Of a DNA stretch of 64,000 nt, positions 9,889-19,545 are shown in pieces. The stretch is from positions 16,306-80,305 of the IMG/VR virus record IMGVR_UViG_3300025030_000076; one strand, 5' to 3'. The position numbers were made by a program, and so were the translations under genes. Source of the stretch: a virus. Every line of letters begins with the position of its first letter. The first letter of the stretch is position 1. The notes beneath the pieces are model-generated. The model did no database searches. It saw nothing but the letters and a program-made list of their open reading frames with translations, and was not told the origin of the DNA.

Positions 9889-10275
9889 TTATTCATCAAT
9901 ACCTTTGACTGTGACAGTAATTGTCAGCGGCGCGCCAAGTGGCCCGCCGATTTCAACATTATCCCCATACCCGCGCTTTTTGCCGCGCTTGGACAGTAGC
10001 CATTTGGCGTCGCCAGCATCAACCGGCTTCTGCGTCTGCTCCTGTTCCTTTACGGCATAGGCGATATTCTTGACCAGCACGCTTTCTGCCATGTCAAGCG
10101 GTAACTCGCACTCCGCATCATAGGCGGCCTGTGCTTCGGGGTATACAGGAATAGCATCCTTAGCCGTAGACCATGAGACATCCAGCCGCGCCGCGATAGT
10201 CGAGACAATGCCGCCGCTGCCTGCGATTGCCTTGAGTAGTTGCGCCTTGCGTATCTTGGTCGGATGCTTTGCCAT
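9889..10275 (-). CDS. terS: Terminase small subunit (putative)
   Basis: N-terminal HTH-like segment; AKWLLSKRGKKRGYG motif; upstream of terL. Confidence 0.7.
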   Translation of the reverse strand: MAKHPTKIRKAQLLKAIAGSGGIVSTIAARLDVSWSTAKDAIPVYPEAQAAYDAECELPLDMAESVLVKNIAYAVKEQEQTQKPVDAGDAKWLLSKRGKKRGYGDNVEIGGPLGAPLTITVTVKGIDE

Positions 10276-10292
10276 TCGCGTTATTCTCAGAA

Positions 10293-11426
10293 TTACTCTA
10301 GATTCCAGACTTTCTGTGCTTCGTCTTTTGACAAAGCAGAGCCGATGTATTCAAAGGTAGCTCTAAATCTTATGGCGAAGCCTTTTGTTTTTTGGGAAAC
10401 GACTTCACAGGGGAAGTCGTTTCCCATTGTCTGTGTGCTTATGTTTGGTTTTGCTATCATGCGCCATTTTCCAGATTTAGCCCGTGCTCGTATCATTGCC
10501 GGGTGGGAAGTCTGCGAGATAAAAGACCATCCCAACCCCTTACACAATGCGCCGATATATGCGCTCATTGCGTTCCCAATCCCTACGCCTTGATAATCGG
10601 GTAGACAAACCGTCCGATGTTCGCGCTTTGTGTTCTTGCGCGTCGGATGCGGGAAATGCAAAACAGCCGTAAACGCTACGGGTATATCGTTCCAAAAGGC
10701 ACAGAAACAAACAGATGATGTGTTCAATTTTGTATCTAAATAATGATGCTTCCTGAATAATTGCCAAGCGGACGAATGAACGCGCTTGACTTCGAGAATG
10801 ATTTGAGGTCGCTGAAGATACCTCCCGCTCGCAAACTCATTGGTCGCGGGCTGGTATATCCAATCAGGTTGTAGCCACTCCATAATGTCATAATGACAGG
10901 ACACTGCAATAAACTTCTGCTTTCTTCGCCTCACGGTCTTGGCTATTGCCGCGCTTCCTATCTGTGCAACCGTCCTGTCTATAACACTTGTAAACTCATC
11001 TACCACTGACAATTCCTTACTCTCTGCCAATGTTCGCGCCATATTAACGCGGAACTGTTCGCCGTTACTCAGTACATGGAACGGGCGCACCCAGGACGGC
11101 GGCGAAGAAAACCCAACAGATGACAATAAATCTGTAATCTCTTTGATGCTCATATCCTTCGGAAAATCATCAAGGATACTTTTGTTTTGCGACCATTGCC
11201 AATCTTTGACAATGTAATCACCGAACAATTCACGCGCTACGGTTGTCTTACCGCTCCCGCTTGGTCCCACAATCAAGCCGATATTCCATTCTTGCGGCAA
11301 GTCGAAATTAACCTGCCACGTTTCAATGCTTCTCTCAGACGGCGGAACGTCAAAAATCCCAAGCATCTGCATTAGACGCGGCGTCTTTATGATGTCAGAT
11401 TGTTTTATGATATTAATGCTCGGCAC
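10293..11426 (-). CDS. ABC-type ATPase fused to GNAT acetyltransferase
   Basis: GPSGSGKT, LSNGE signature, VVDEFTS, H-loop SCH; C-terminal LPDYQGVGIG acetyl-CoA motif. Confidence 0.85.
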   Translation of the reverse strand: MPSINIIKQSDIIKTPRLMQMLGIFDVPPSERSIETWQVNFDLPQEWNIGLIVGPSGSGKTTVARELFGDYIVKDWQWSQNKSILDDFPKDMSIKEITDLLSSVGFSSPPSWVRPFHVLSNGEQFRVNMARTLAESKELSVVDEFTSVIDRTVAQIGSAAIAKTVRRRKQKFIAVSCHYDIMEWLQPDWIYQPATNEFASGRYLQRPQIILEVKRVHSSAWQLFRKHHYLDTKLNTSSVCFCAFWNDIPVAFTAVLHFPHPTRKNTKREHRTVCLPDYQGVGIGNAMSAYIGALCKGLGWSFISQTSHPAMIRARAKSGKWRMIAKPNISTQTMGNDFPCEVVSQKTKGFAIRFRATFEYIGSALSKDEAQKVWNLE

Positions 11427-12025
11427 TGCAAGCCTTCCTCAATAAATCGTTCTAATAATTGCGTTTGCGTCTGTTCATTTTCACACGTAATCATTATTGA
11501 GAATTGCTCAGGTATATCTTCCGCTTGTCCGTTCGTTTGCTCTGTTACGCTTTTCAGCATCGCATCCAGCGCGCTCCCAAAGCTACGCGTGTTCAGGAGC
11601 ATCTCGGTATCGAAGCCGACCGATGTTAGAACAGATGTGTCAATTCCACTTAGCAGGTCAATATCCCATGCACCGCCTCCAGCATTTGCTACCAGATTCG
11701 CCCGCGTGCGCTTATCCGCGTCCCAGCCCGTTACCGCCCGGTATGCGAAGCGCCTGCCCTGGTACTCGAAGTGTCCGAGTAACGCGGTTCCGTCCGGTAG
11801 GGCAGGGTCAAAGCGTTCGGTGATGACCGGCGCTGTCTGCATCAGCGCCGCAACGTTGGAACGCTGGTTCCCGCCGATGACCTCATCAGTCTCAAGATCG
11901 TGGACGATTCCAGATAGATCGCCAAATTCCTGCATGGTTTCCTTTAGGCGCTTGGCTTGCGTCTTGGATAACTGGCGAGGGTTATTCGTGAATGGCCTCA
12001 TTTGGTTTATTCTTCCCAAGTCCAT
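11405..12025 (-). CDS. ParB/Srx-like N-terminal domain protein
   Basis: NNPRQLS...FGDLSGIV...IGGNQR pattern; ANxxGGxWD motif. Confidence 0.75.
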   Translation of the reverse strand: MDLGRINQMRPFTNNPRQLSKTQAKRLKETMQEFGDLSGIVHDLETDEVIGGNQRSNVAALMQTAPVITERFDPALPDGTALLGHFEYQGRRFAYRAVTGWDADKRTRANLVANAGGGAWDIDLLSGIDTSVLTSVGFDTEMLLNTRSFGSALDAMLKSVTEQTNGQAEDIPEQFSIMITCENEQTQTQLLERFIEEGLQCRALIS

Positions 12026-12402
12026 GTTACCGTGTGTCCGGTGTCAGTCCTGGTCATGATGTAATTATAGGGAGGCACGTCCTCATCAGCGCAGGTGGTT
12101 GCGGGCTTCCAGAGGTCGTACTGCCTACGCATCATTAGCCAGGGCAGGACGTAGGCGGAGAGAAGGAGGCCGAGCAGGAAGGGGAGGATGCGTTTCATTT
12201 ATATTTCATGCTTTCGACAAGTATAGTTATAACAAGCATTCCGAAGAGCCACAAACGGCAGCAAATCATTCGCATAACTGAACATCATTACAGCACCGCC
12301 TCCGCATGACGAGCAGACGAAATCGCAAGGGTCACGCCACACGATAATCGTTTCCTCACCACAGCAATCACATTGATGCCATTCGCCACGCCGCATTCAG
12401 CC

Positions 12403-12624
12403 TCACTCACTCGCGCCCATGTCCTGCTCACCATACAACGACAAGCGCCTGTCGGTTTCGTCGCCTGGATATGACTTGACTGTTACACGAAATCGCCTCC
12501 CGCCTACGTCATGAACGTGGTCATATGGCAGCGGGTCCAGATGCTGAGCAACCATCCGGGCTAGAAACTGAGCAGTCTCTTTGACAATGGACGTTCGGAC
12601 GGTATCGGCTTCGCGGTCAGTCAT
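12403..12624 (-). CDS. Hypothetical protein
   Basis: ORF with GAGG RBS in a run of small genes. Confidence 0.5.
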   Translation of the reverse strand: MTDREADTVRTSIVKETAQFLARMVAQHLDPLPYDHVHDVGGRRFRVTVKSYPGDETDRRLSLYGEQDMGASE

Positions 12625-12688
12625 TCAGCCTCTAAAATTAGAACAGATGTACATGACAAATGTCATACTTTTTTTAAGGTTGTGTCTA

Positions 12689-12716
12689 TTGACATATACC
12701 CGACGTCGGGTATAAT
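12689..12716 (+). promoter_or_regulatory. Consensus sigma70 promoter with a 20-bp palindromic operator
   Basis: TTGACA-16 bp-TATAAT; TATACCCGACGTCGGGTATA (12695-12714) is a perfect palindrome. Confidence 0.85.
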
Positions 12717-12746
12717 CCAATCATACACAGATAAGGAGATGACAAA

Positions 12747-13220
12747 ATGACGACAATAACAGCAAGCAGAATGATTAGCACAAATGGCAAGACAATCAAA
12801 GTATCCCTGGAGCGCGGCACCTGGGACGAGGAAATCCGCCTGGATGGTATGCTCTGTGGAACCAAGACACACCCCATTGACAGAACCGAAATTGTTATCT
12901 ACGACGCCAGCGGTAAGGCAGTTGCCAGCGGGAGCGGTTTGTCTGGCTTGAGTAAAGCCTATAATCAATATAATGAGGCCATAAAGCGAGGATGTATCGG
13001 GATGGTTGGCAAGTGCTACCTCATGCCAGATACATATAATCTGATTGCTTCCGCCCTCGCAGAACTGGAAGCCGAGAATCCCAAGACCGCCGAGCAGATT
13101 GCGATTGTGTCCGGCAAAGCCATCGCCAAAGCCGAATACGATGCTTGGTATAACTCGGATGAGCAACGCGCCGCCCGTAAGTTTGAGCGCGAAATGAATG
13201 ACCCAAACAGCGATTATTAG
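12747..13220 (+). CDS. Hypothetical protein (moron-like unit)
   Basis: AAGGAG RBS downstream of the consensus promoter. Confidence 0.8.
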   Translation: MTTITASRMISTNGKTIKVSLERGTWDEEIRLDGMLCGTKTHPIDRTEIVIYDASGKAVASGSGLSGLSKAYNQYNEAIKRGCIGMVGKCYLMPDTYNLIASALAELEAENPKTAEQIAIVSGKAIAKAEYDAWYNSDEQRAARKFEREMNDPNSDY

Positions 13221-13229
13221 GAGGACGAC

Positions 13230-13730
13230 ATGACCAAACACTATGACCCTTATGGTAACGAGTTGCGACCCTACTCTGTAAGGCAACCCTCTCACCCACT
13301 GCTGCCAAACTTTGTGCCATCCGAAGTCGAGCCACACATCGCGGCTCTTGAAAAGGCTAATATATACAACGATCTTACCCAGGAGCAGCAAGCGACCATT
13401 ATCCGATTGATGCAACAAGCCTATCGCAATGGGCAAGCCCATCAGGGCGCTGAAAAGATTGACAATGATTGTGTATGGGTCAATGATGTGGGAATGATTG
13501 AGCGCCAAGCAGACAACACCTGGATCGTCACTGGATACGACGCGGCGAAAGACGCCGAAATGATTCGGGCGCGTGACGCTGAACTTGGAATCGGGTACAC
13601 CATCCAGCAATACAACGAGTGGTGCAAATCCTACGCCGCCCGCGCCCTGCGCGCAATCCCCTCTGAGACGCGTAGTGAACAAAGCCGAATCAACGGCAAA
13701 CTCGGAGGCCGTCCCCGCAAAATCAAATAA
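13230..13730 (+). CDS. Hypothetical protein with C-terminal NGKLGGRPRK basic motif
   Basis: AGGAGG RBS; putative DNA-binding tail. Confidence 0.8.
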   Translation: MTKHYDPYGNELRPYSVRQPSHPLLPNFVPSEVEPHIAALEKANIYNDLTQEQQATIIRLMQQAYRNGQAHQGAEKIDNDCVWVNDVGMIERQADNTWIVTGYDAAKDAEMIRARDAELGIGYTIQQYNEWCKSYAARALRAIPSETRSEQSRINGKLGGRPRKIK

Positions 13731-13747
13731 CACTTCTCTTACTCCTC

Positions 13748-13773
13748 TGCCCCGCTCCGTGCGGGGCTTTTTA
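13748..13773 (+). terminator. Intrinsic terminator
   Basis: GC-rich hairpin (GCCCGC..GCGGGGC) followed by a T-tract after the two-gene unit. Confidence 0.65.
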
Positions 13774-14353
13774 TTTGTCTCATGCCGTCACCAACTTGGA
13801 CAGGTATCCAACCACACCATTTTTCGCCGCGTATGCTTGCGCCGCGTCCCAGCCGTTGGACCTCAGTATGCGCCGTACCTTGTTCATTTCGCGCGTGTGC
13901 ATCGCCCGATACCGGGCGCATTTTTCCTTGTTGCGCCCGATCTTTTTCGCGCCGCCTGATTTGGCTTGTGTCATCGCCACACTCCGCTAATAAGGATCGC
14001 CACGAACAGCAGAAACAAGAACACGTACCAGAGCCACCATTTGCCTTTATGATCGTCGTCTCTCATCTGTCTTTCTCTACCAGCAGTTTCAGAAAATCAA
14101 GGATGCTTGTAATGACTGCATATCCATCAGCCCATGTTGACAAATACAGGATTTCAGGTTCTTTCTGGAACGCCAGATAGACTTGTACCTCATACATCGT
14201 CCCGTATTCACGGTCATCCGTTTTGAGTTCGATCTTTCGTATGTTCATTCATGCGCCTTTCTTTATCTCATAAAAAACGCCGGGTATAGGATTATGGCAA
14301 TAAGAATAAATGGAATAACAAACCTTAATATTCTTTGTGTTTTTCTGCTCATT

Positions 14354-14614
14354 TCATACGCCTTTCTTTACAATCTTCCACGCGTCGGAAACGTGATTGA
14401 ACATCGGTTCACTTCGCTTTCCAACGTACTCGATCAGCCCGCCTGCCAACCATCGCTTAATCATTCCCTTTGCCCTCACTCGTCCACAGTCCGCCCGGCC
14501 TGCAACCCGGTTAATGGTCAGTTCGTCATCAGCCAGTATCGGAGCGGATTCCTGCGCGATCAGGTTGTCAAGCAGACCGTAGAAATCGGCGAATTCCTTG
14601 ACCTCTTTTTTCAT
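14354..14614 (-). CDS. Small wHTH-like protein
   Basis: LTINRVA...RAKGMIKRWLAGGLIE pattern. Confidence 0.5.
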   Translation of the reverse strand: MKKEVKEFADFYGLLDNLIAQESAPILADDELTINRVAGRADCGRVRAKGMIKRWLAGGLIEYVGKRSEPMFNHVSDAWKIVKKGV

Positions 14615-14615
14615 G

Positions 14616-15215
14616 TCAATAAATCTTTTTCAGCGCCGGACGCGGGTCTGCATTCCACAAATAACGAAAAACGTTAGCATTAAGACGGACATCTCTCGAA
14701 CAATGGTCTACAATTTCGTCCATTGATTCCTTGCGCTTTGCTTCCTTAGCCCAGATCGTTTCCCACCAATCGTGGGGGAAGATACTGGTCTTTAGCTGTT
14801 TGACATGCAGGAAATCCGCAACCATCGCCAACCCGCCGGACGGCTTTCCAAAACCATTCGGGATCGTGAGATAGCCGGTCCTGCGAAATGCCGTCAGCGT
14901 GTCATAAACCACTACCGGCTTTGTTTCCATGTCCCGCTGAAAGGCTCTGGACTTCAGGTATGGAATATCGTATCTGATTACATTGTGTCCAATCAACACA
15001 TCATATTTATCAAGCTCATCCATTACATCTGTCAGCAGCGCCTTTTCTTCGCGCTCCACTATTCCGTATTCCTTGCTCGCCTTGAAATCATATTGGTCGA
15101 GCCGAAATGATCTTGTCCTCTGGGTAGCCGTCGGCCTCACACAAACCGCCAATAGAATGCCCGCCCCAACTGCTCCCAAGCTCGTTGTTTCAATGTCGAA
15201 AACGCAGGAGTTCAT
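14616..15215 (-). CDS. DnaQ/RNase H-like 3'-5' exonuclease
   Basis: FDIETT, GHNxxxYD, HCxxDV exonuclease motifs. Confidence 0.85.
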   Translation of the reverse strand: MNSCVFDIETTSLGAVGAGILLAVCVRPTATQRTRSFRLDQYDFKASKEYGIVEREEKALLTDVMDELDKYDVLIGHNVIRYDIPYLKSRAFQRDMETKPVVVYDTLTAFRRTGYLTIPNGFGKPSGGLAMVADFLHVKQLKTSIFPHDWWETIWAKEAKRKESMDEIVDHCSRDVRLNANVFRYLWNADPRPALKKIY

Positions 15216-15553
15216 TTGTTAAGGGGCACGGCCTCTATGGACGGCAAGCACAACAGGCAGTACCAGCCGTCTTTGCGCCAGATCAACGTCCTGTGTCTTG
15301 CGCCGCATTTGCAGCACTCATAAACACGGACATAACCGCTTGAATATACGTACATCTCAGCCTGCTTTCTCAATTTCAACCGTTCCGATTCGCAGCCCCC
15401 CCATGCTTCCATAATGAGATACGTACTGGTCACCCGTATCCACGACGACCATTCCATGTACAGGAACATTCAACAGAATGCGCCGCCCGCAAATCGGGCA
15501 GAACCATTCATCTGCACCATCTGACCGTGTAAACTCAAACTCCATTTCGTGTT

Positions 15554-15910
15554 TCAAAGCGGCATCCCTCCTGTGTATCCATTGTCCCTTGCCCATGCGT
15601 CAATCGAGAGCGCCCAGGCCAGGGATACGACAACGGTGTCCGGGGTTCCTTCAAACGGTGAAACCAAATCGGCAAACAGGGTATTCCCGTTCCAAAGACA
15701 TACATAATGCGCCTGAGGCGCACCATTTGGGGTGATGATGCCCCATGGGAAGCCCTTCCTATCGAATTCGATGGCATAGACAGGAAATTCTTTTCCCTGC
15801 GTGAGTTGTATTCCCACGAGATTCCCGTCCTGAGTAGAGTCGGGCGTGCCTCTTACGTTGAGTCGAAACGCTTTCAGACGATATGTACCTGGGATGAAGT
15901 TATAAGTCAT
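15554..15910 (-). CDS. SH3b-like domain protein
   Basis: LNVRGTP...WG...YVCL pattern. Confidence 0.5.
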   Translation of the reverse strand: MTYNFIPGTYRLKAFRLNVRGTPDSTQDGNLVGIQLTQGKEFPVYAIEFDRKGFPWGIITPNGAPQAHYVCLWNGNTLFADLVSPFEGTPDTVVVSLAWALSIDAWARDNGYTGGMPL

Positions 15911-15931
15911 TTTATTCCTTGTTTATTTCAC

Positions 15932-16702
15932 TCACAATGCGAACTCCATTATCATTTGCTGTTGCGCCTGTTCGATGCGCTTCTCTGCAATTGCGAAGTA
16001 ATTCTCTTCGCGCTCAATTCCGATAAAATCACGGCCAGTCTTTACACACGCCACGCCCGTAGTACCTGAACCCATGCAGAAATCCAAAACGGTATCCCCT
16101 TCGTTCGTGTATGTCTTGATTAGATACTCGTACAGCGCGACGGGCTTTTGGGTGGGGTGTCCATTATTCTTTTTAGCCCAGCCATTACCAGTCCTAAACT
16201 CGATAATCGTTTTCGGGTATGAGTAATCGCTTCTAAACCCTGACCCGTTGACATGTTCCCCGTAAACACCTGCCTTGATAGGCTTGCCAACCCTTGTAAA
16301 ATTATCGCCTGAGCGATGAGTATTTCCAGACTTCTTAAACTTTTGCGGGTTGTAGGTATATCCATTTTGAGAAAACACAATAATGTTTTCGTGTTGCTTT
16401 AGCGGTATTCTCTTAGCGTTCAAGAAACCCGTTGGTGTGTGTTTATCCCAAATCCATTCATGCCTAAACATTTTCATATTTGAGTTAATTAAAATAGTTG
16501 TAAATGGCTGGCTTGCGGTCGTCACGAACGCACCCTTGCACAACCGCCTGACCTGCTCCCACATCGGCTCTAAGGGAATAATCACATCCCACTTGCAGGC
16601 CGTCGTGCCGTAGGGAACATCCGTGATAATCGCATCCACCGACCTTTCAGCCAGCATTGGCAGTATCTCAAGGCAGTCGCCAAGATGCAAGTCGAATGTC
16701 AT
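15932..16702 (-). CDS. DNA amino-methyltransferase (N6A/N4C, beta class)
   Basis: TDVPY (DPPY variant), HPTQKP, DFCMGSGTT. Confidence 0.9.
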   Translation of the reverse strand: MTFDLHLGDCLEILPMLAERSVDAIITDVPYGTTACKWDVIIPLEPMWEQVRRLCKGAFVTTASQPFTTILINSNMKMFRHEWIWDKHTPTGFLNAKRIPLKQHENIIVFSQNGYTYNPQKFKKSGNTHRSGDNFTRVGKPIKAGVYGEHVNGSGFRSDYSYPKTIIEFRTGNGWAKKNNGHPTQKPVALYEYLIKTYTNEGDTVLDFCMGSGTTGVACVKTGRDFIGIEREENYFAIAEKRIEQAQQQMIMEFAL

Positions 16703-16859
16703 TGCAATCCAAAAAACCACAGCACCACGAGCGCCAGGCAGTCCAATAACAAAGCCACGAAAAAGAGCGGGTTCATGACCAGCGCCTCACACAAGGCACG
16801 TACATAGTCGCGGGTATCCTGCAACCATCTTTCAAAGCGGGACGGGACGCGGTAGTGTC

Positions 16860-17207
16860 TCATCGGTTCCATCCCACCGCCGCGGCAACGGCAACGCCGA
16901 GACCATTTACAATATCGAACAGATTTGATTTCTTTTGCAACTCCCGAAAGTTTCCACCCAGGTTATCCATGTCGGCGATCAATTTCTCTATTCGTTTGGA
17001 GTTATCCAAACTGCGCTGTATCTGCTCCATGATGCCCCGGAAACGCTCGCTATCCCGGCTGTCACTTTTTTCCAGCACAGAGACGCGGCTCACTAATTCG
17101 GTATGCCTTTCCTCATATCGCTTGTAAAAATCAGATTGATTTTGTATCATCACATCCATTAGCGTCTTGAGCGTTACAAGAATGTCATGATCGTTTTGGT
17201 CAGTCAT
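16860..17207 (-). CDS. Coiled-coil protein with C-terminal hydrophobic segment (lysis-region type)
   Basis: Composition and position. Confidence 0.55.
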   Translation of the reverse strand: MTDQNDHDILVTLKTLMDVMIQNQSDFYKRYEERHTELVSRVSVLEKSDSRDSERFRGIMEQIQRSLDNSKRIEKLIADMDNLGGNFRELQKKSNLFDIVNGLGVAVAAAVGWNR

Positions 17208-17455
17208 GATACAAGCCTCCCGATAACCGTCACCGTCTGGTCGGTATACGGTTCCTTCTCCAGTTTTTCCCCCAGCCAGTCATGGAATTTTTTCATGTCA
17301 TACGGAGTCAAATGCAATTCGTACGATGACCTGACCACGTCTATAGAGGCAGACGGCTCGAATACTATTGCGTCCACAAATAGCTTGAGCGGGAAACGAA
17401 CTATGTCGGTGTATTCCGTACTCCCATCGAATTCTGTTTTCTTGTTTTTATCCAT
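17204..17455 (-). CDS. Hypothetical protein
   Basis: ORF with ATGA overlap. Confidence 0.5.
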   Translation of the reverse strand: MDKNKKTEFDGSTEYTDIVRFPLKLFVDAIVFEPSASIDVVRSSYELHLTPYDMKKFHDWLGEKLEKEPYTDQTVTVIGRLVS

Positions 17456-17769
17456 AGTTCTATGTGGTCAAGCCCCGGCCATCACCTGTATCAGGCATGG
17501 AGTGAGTGTTGGCCGGGACGTTGACACTACATATATGCCAGGAGGTCGCGTTACTCCTCCAACCTTCGACGGCGATCAACCCGCCTCCAGCGCGGGCGGC
17601 ACGTCGGCCGCCCCACAATACAAGCCAGTGGAAGCTACCCACTCGGTTCATGATCCCGCTACGCATCAGATTTGAACCTTCGGTTTCTGTCATGGCATAG
17701 GGTAATAACTGTCCCGCCGCGCCGCCCCGGAGAATAGATCGAGCCAGCGGCGCAGGCACGGGACGGGGG

Positions 17770-17970
17770 TTATTTGAAGCCGCGTAAGCCAACCTTAACA
17801 AGCCCATCGCGAACGAAAGGCTCGACGATCTCGATGCCCAGCTTCACCAGGACGTAGACCACAAAGGCAAGTAAGACCTCTTGTGAGACCGGGAAGTCCG
17901 GGAAGTATTGCACGATGATCCCGTATGCCAAACCAACCGCAAGGGCAATCAGAGTCAGACTAAGTTTCAT
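17770..17970 (-). CDS. Two-TM holin-like membrane protein
   Basis: Two hydrophobic helices; AAGGAG RBS before MKLSL. Confidence 0.55.
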   Translation of the reverse strand: MKLSLTLIALAVGLAYGIIVQYFPDFPVSQEVLLAFVVYVLVKLGIEIVEPFVRDGLVKVGLRGFK

Positions 17971-18001
17971 GTTTACAATCTCCTTATTTATGTTGATAAA
18001 C

Positions 18002-18046
18002 AAAAAAAACACGTCGCAAAGACTCGGTTGAGTCTCTGCGACGTGT
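18002..18046 (-). terminator. Intrinsic terminator/attenuator
   Basis: ACACGTCGCAGAGACTC-aacc-GAGTCTTTGCGACGTGT followed by a long T-tract. Confidence 0.8.
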
Positions 18047-18592
18047 CACTTACGTGAGAGGTCGCTTTGCGTCTACCAGGGGATTTTATTCGCGTGGCAA
18101 ACGATATTCAATTAGCGTTCGGGCGTCCAGGTCGCTCATCTGTGCAATGACGACGCCGACTTATATATTCGCTCGGCCAACACGATTCCCTGCACTACGT
18201 CTTAGTGGCGGGACGCCCTCGATGCGCCCGAACTACCAAAGAACATTATACACTATTCCAGTAGTTTTGACAGTTGACCGGCGCTTCTTTTCAGAGCGCC
18301 AAAAAGTTTATTCAGCCGCGTATCATGCTCGGCTACTTTCTGCTCGATAAAATTCAAGTTCCTGTACCACTCCACCCCCTCTGGAATAACCATAGCCTGA
18401 TTCTCTGGCCTGGCGTTAATCATTATCCTTCGGAAAAATTCACGCCGATACGTCGTGTCGATTTGTCGCAGCCAGTTCTCCTGGCTCTGTGTCAGTTGTG
18501 CTTCGCCCATATCGTGCTCCAATGACGGATGGTTCCGCCCCGCTTAATCTAGACGTGATCGTCCTGCAAAGGCAACATTACAATTTCATTAC

Positions 18593-18606
18593 TGAACATT
18601 TGTTCA
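18593..18606. promoter_or_regulatory. LexA/SOS box-like operator (GAAC-N4-GTTC)
   Basis: TGAAC-ATTT-GTTCA, intergenic. Confidence 0.5.
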
Positions 18607-18790
18607 CAAAGGATAATTAACTATCCAATATCGGGTCATTTGCGCTGCCTGTATTCTGCAGATGTAATTTCGCTGCCGGGCGGTATTCGTAATATTTTGT
18701 CTACTTGCCCTATTCCGTGATAAGTTCCGTGTCTATGCCCGATAACGTAGCCAATCACCAAACCAATCAAAATGCCGATTAGTATTTCCA

Positions 18791-19168
18791 TTATTTCGCC
18801 TCGCACCCAAGCCCGTCATTGATACTCAAACAGCCCTGCCACACATACCCGGATGGTTCTGCAATGGAACACCATCTGTAATCATCTGCTTCCGGGTCAG
18901 TTCCACATCCCAGTACCGTCACCGCATCCCCGGCCTTGAGCGTCCCGATCACCGTACCGTCAGGAGTTTGTCTGACATTTACAGTAGGGGCAACGATCTG
19001 CGCCATGTCCGGGGAGAGAGTCACAGTGGGGGAGGGGATAGGGGAGGGGGCCACGGTAAGCGTCTGAGTAATCGCGATTACAGCAGTGGGAATAGGTGTT
19101 GTCACGATCTGCCCGCAGGCAAGACTCGCCAGTACAAGCACCAGTATAAAAATACGGGCTTGAATCAC
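18791..19168 (-). CDS. Lipoprotein with Pro/Thr linker and SH3b domain
   Basis: LASLAC lipobox, PT-rich linker, VNVRQTP...GYVW. Confidence 0.75.
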   Translation of the reverse strand: MIQARIFILVLVLASLACGQIVTTPIPTAVIAITQTLTVAPSPIPSPTVTLSPDMAQIVAPTVNVRQTPDGTVIGTLKAGDAVTVLGCGTDPEADDYRWCSIAEPSGYVWQGCLSINDGLGCEAK

Positions 19169-19545
19169 TCTTCCGCCAGTAGTTTTTCAATCAATATACT
19201 GGCGGGTTCATTGTCCACCAGTAGAATTCCATCCATGATAGAGAGAGTATGCCCAGGTAGTTCTGCGCTCCAGTATATTTTTCCGTTACCGCTTGCTTGT
19301 CGACTTGCCGGTAGTTCTGCCTTCAATGCCCTGAAATCTCCCATCATCACTTGCACCGCCAGTATTTTTGAAGCTGAGACTTCGGCGGTAGAAATCAAGG
19401 ATTCGTCCTTCATAGGGGCATCTATCAATACTAGTGATCCGCTTCTCTCTGCGGTAGATTCTACTGGGGCTAACGCGCTTTCTTTGCCCATTGGCGTAGG
19501 TAGTGTATATCCAGTAGATTTTTCCGGTCTTAATCCATCGTCCAT
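19165..19545 (-). CDS. Hypothetical protein
   Basis: RBS and ATGA overlap with the next gene. Confidence 0.5.
   Translation of the reverse strand: MDDGLRPEKSTGYTLPTPMGKESALAPVESTAERSGSLVLIDAPMKDESLISTAEVSASKILAVQVMMGDFRALKAELPASRQASGNGKIYWSAELPGHTLSIMDGILLVDNEPASILIEKLLAEE

Larger units (their letters stand above)
1..9995. repeat. Copy A of a long diverged direct repeat (methyltransferase through terS 3' end)
   Basis: Same gene order as 53455-64000. TerL and the portal N-terminal half are near-identical, the radical SAM and SDR are clearly diverged, and some genes are swapped. Confidence 0.95.

Noticed and set aside
9180-9899. Group I intron or intein in the terminase genes
   Set aside because: terS ends and terL begins intact on either side, so the GIY-YIG gene is free-standing. 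The 9899 and 63904 upstream starts are leader sequence, not coding.
12663-13733. 356-aa minus-strand ORF and other long antisense ORFs (e.g. 96-737, 5787-6416, 60941-61630)
   Set aside because: They are shadows of genes on the opposite strand that have RBSs, promoters or recognisable motifs.
17460-18250. tRNA genes
   Set aside because: Hairpin-rich, but I could not build a canonical cloverleaf with a TTC T-loop and anticodon arm.
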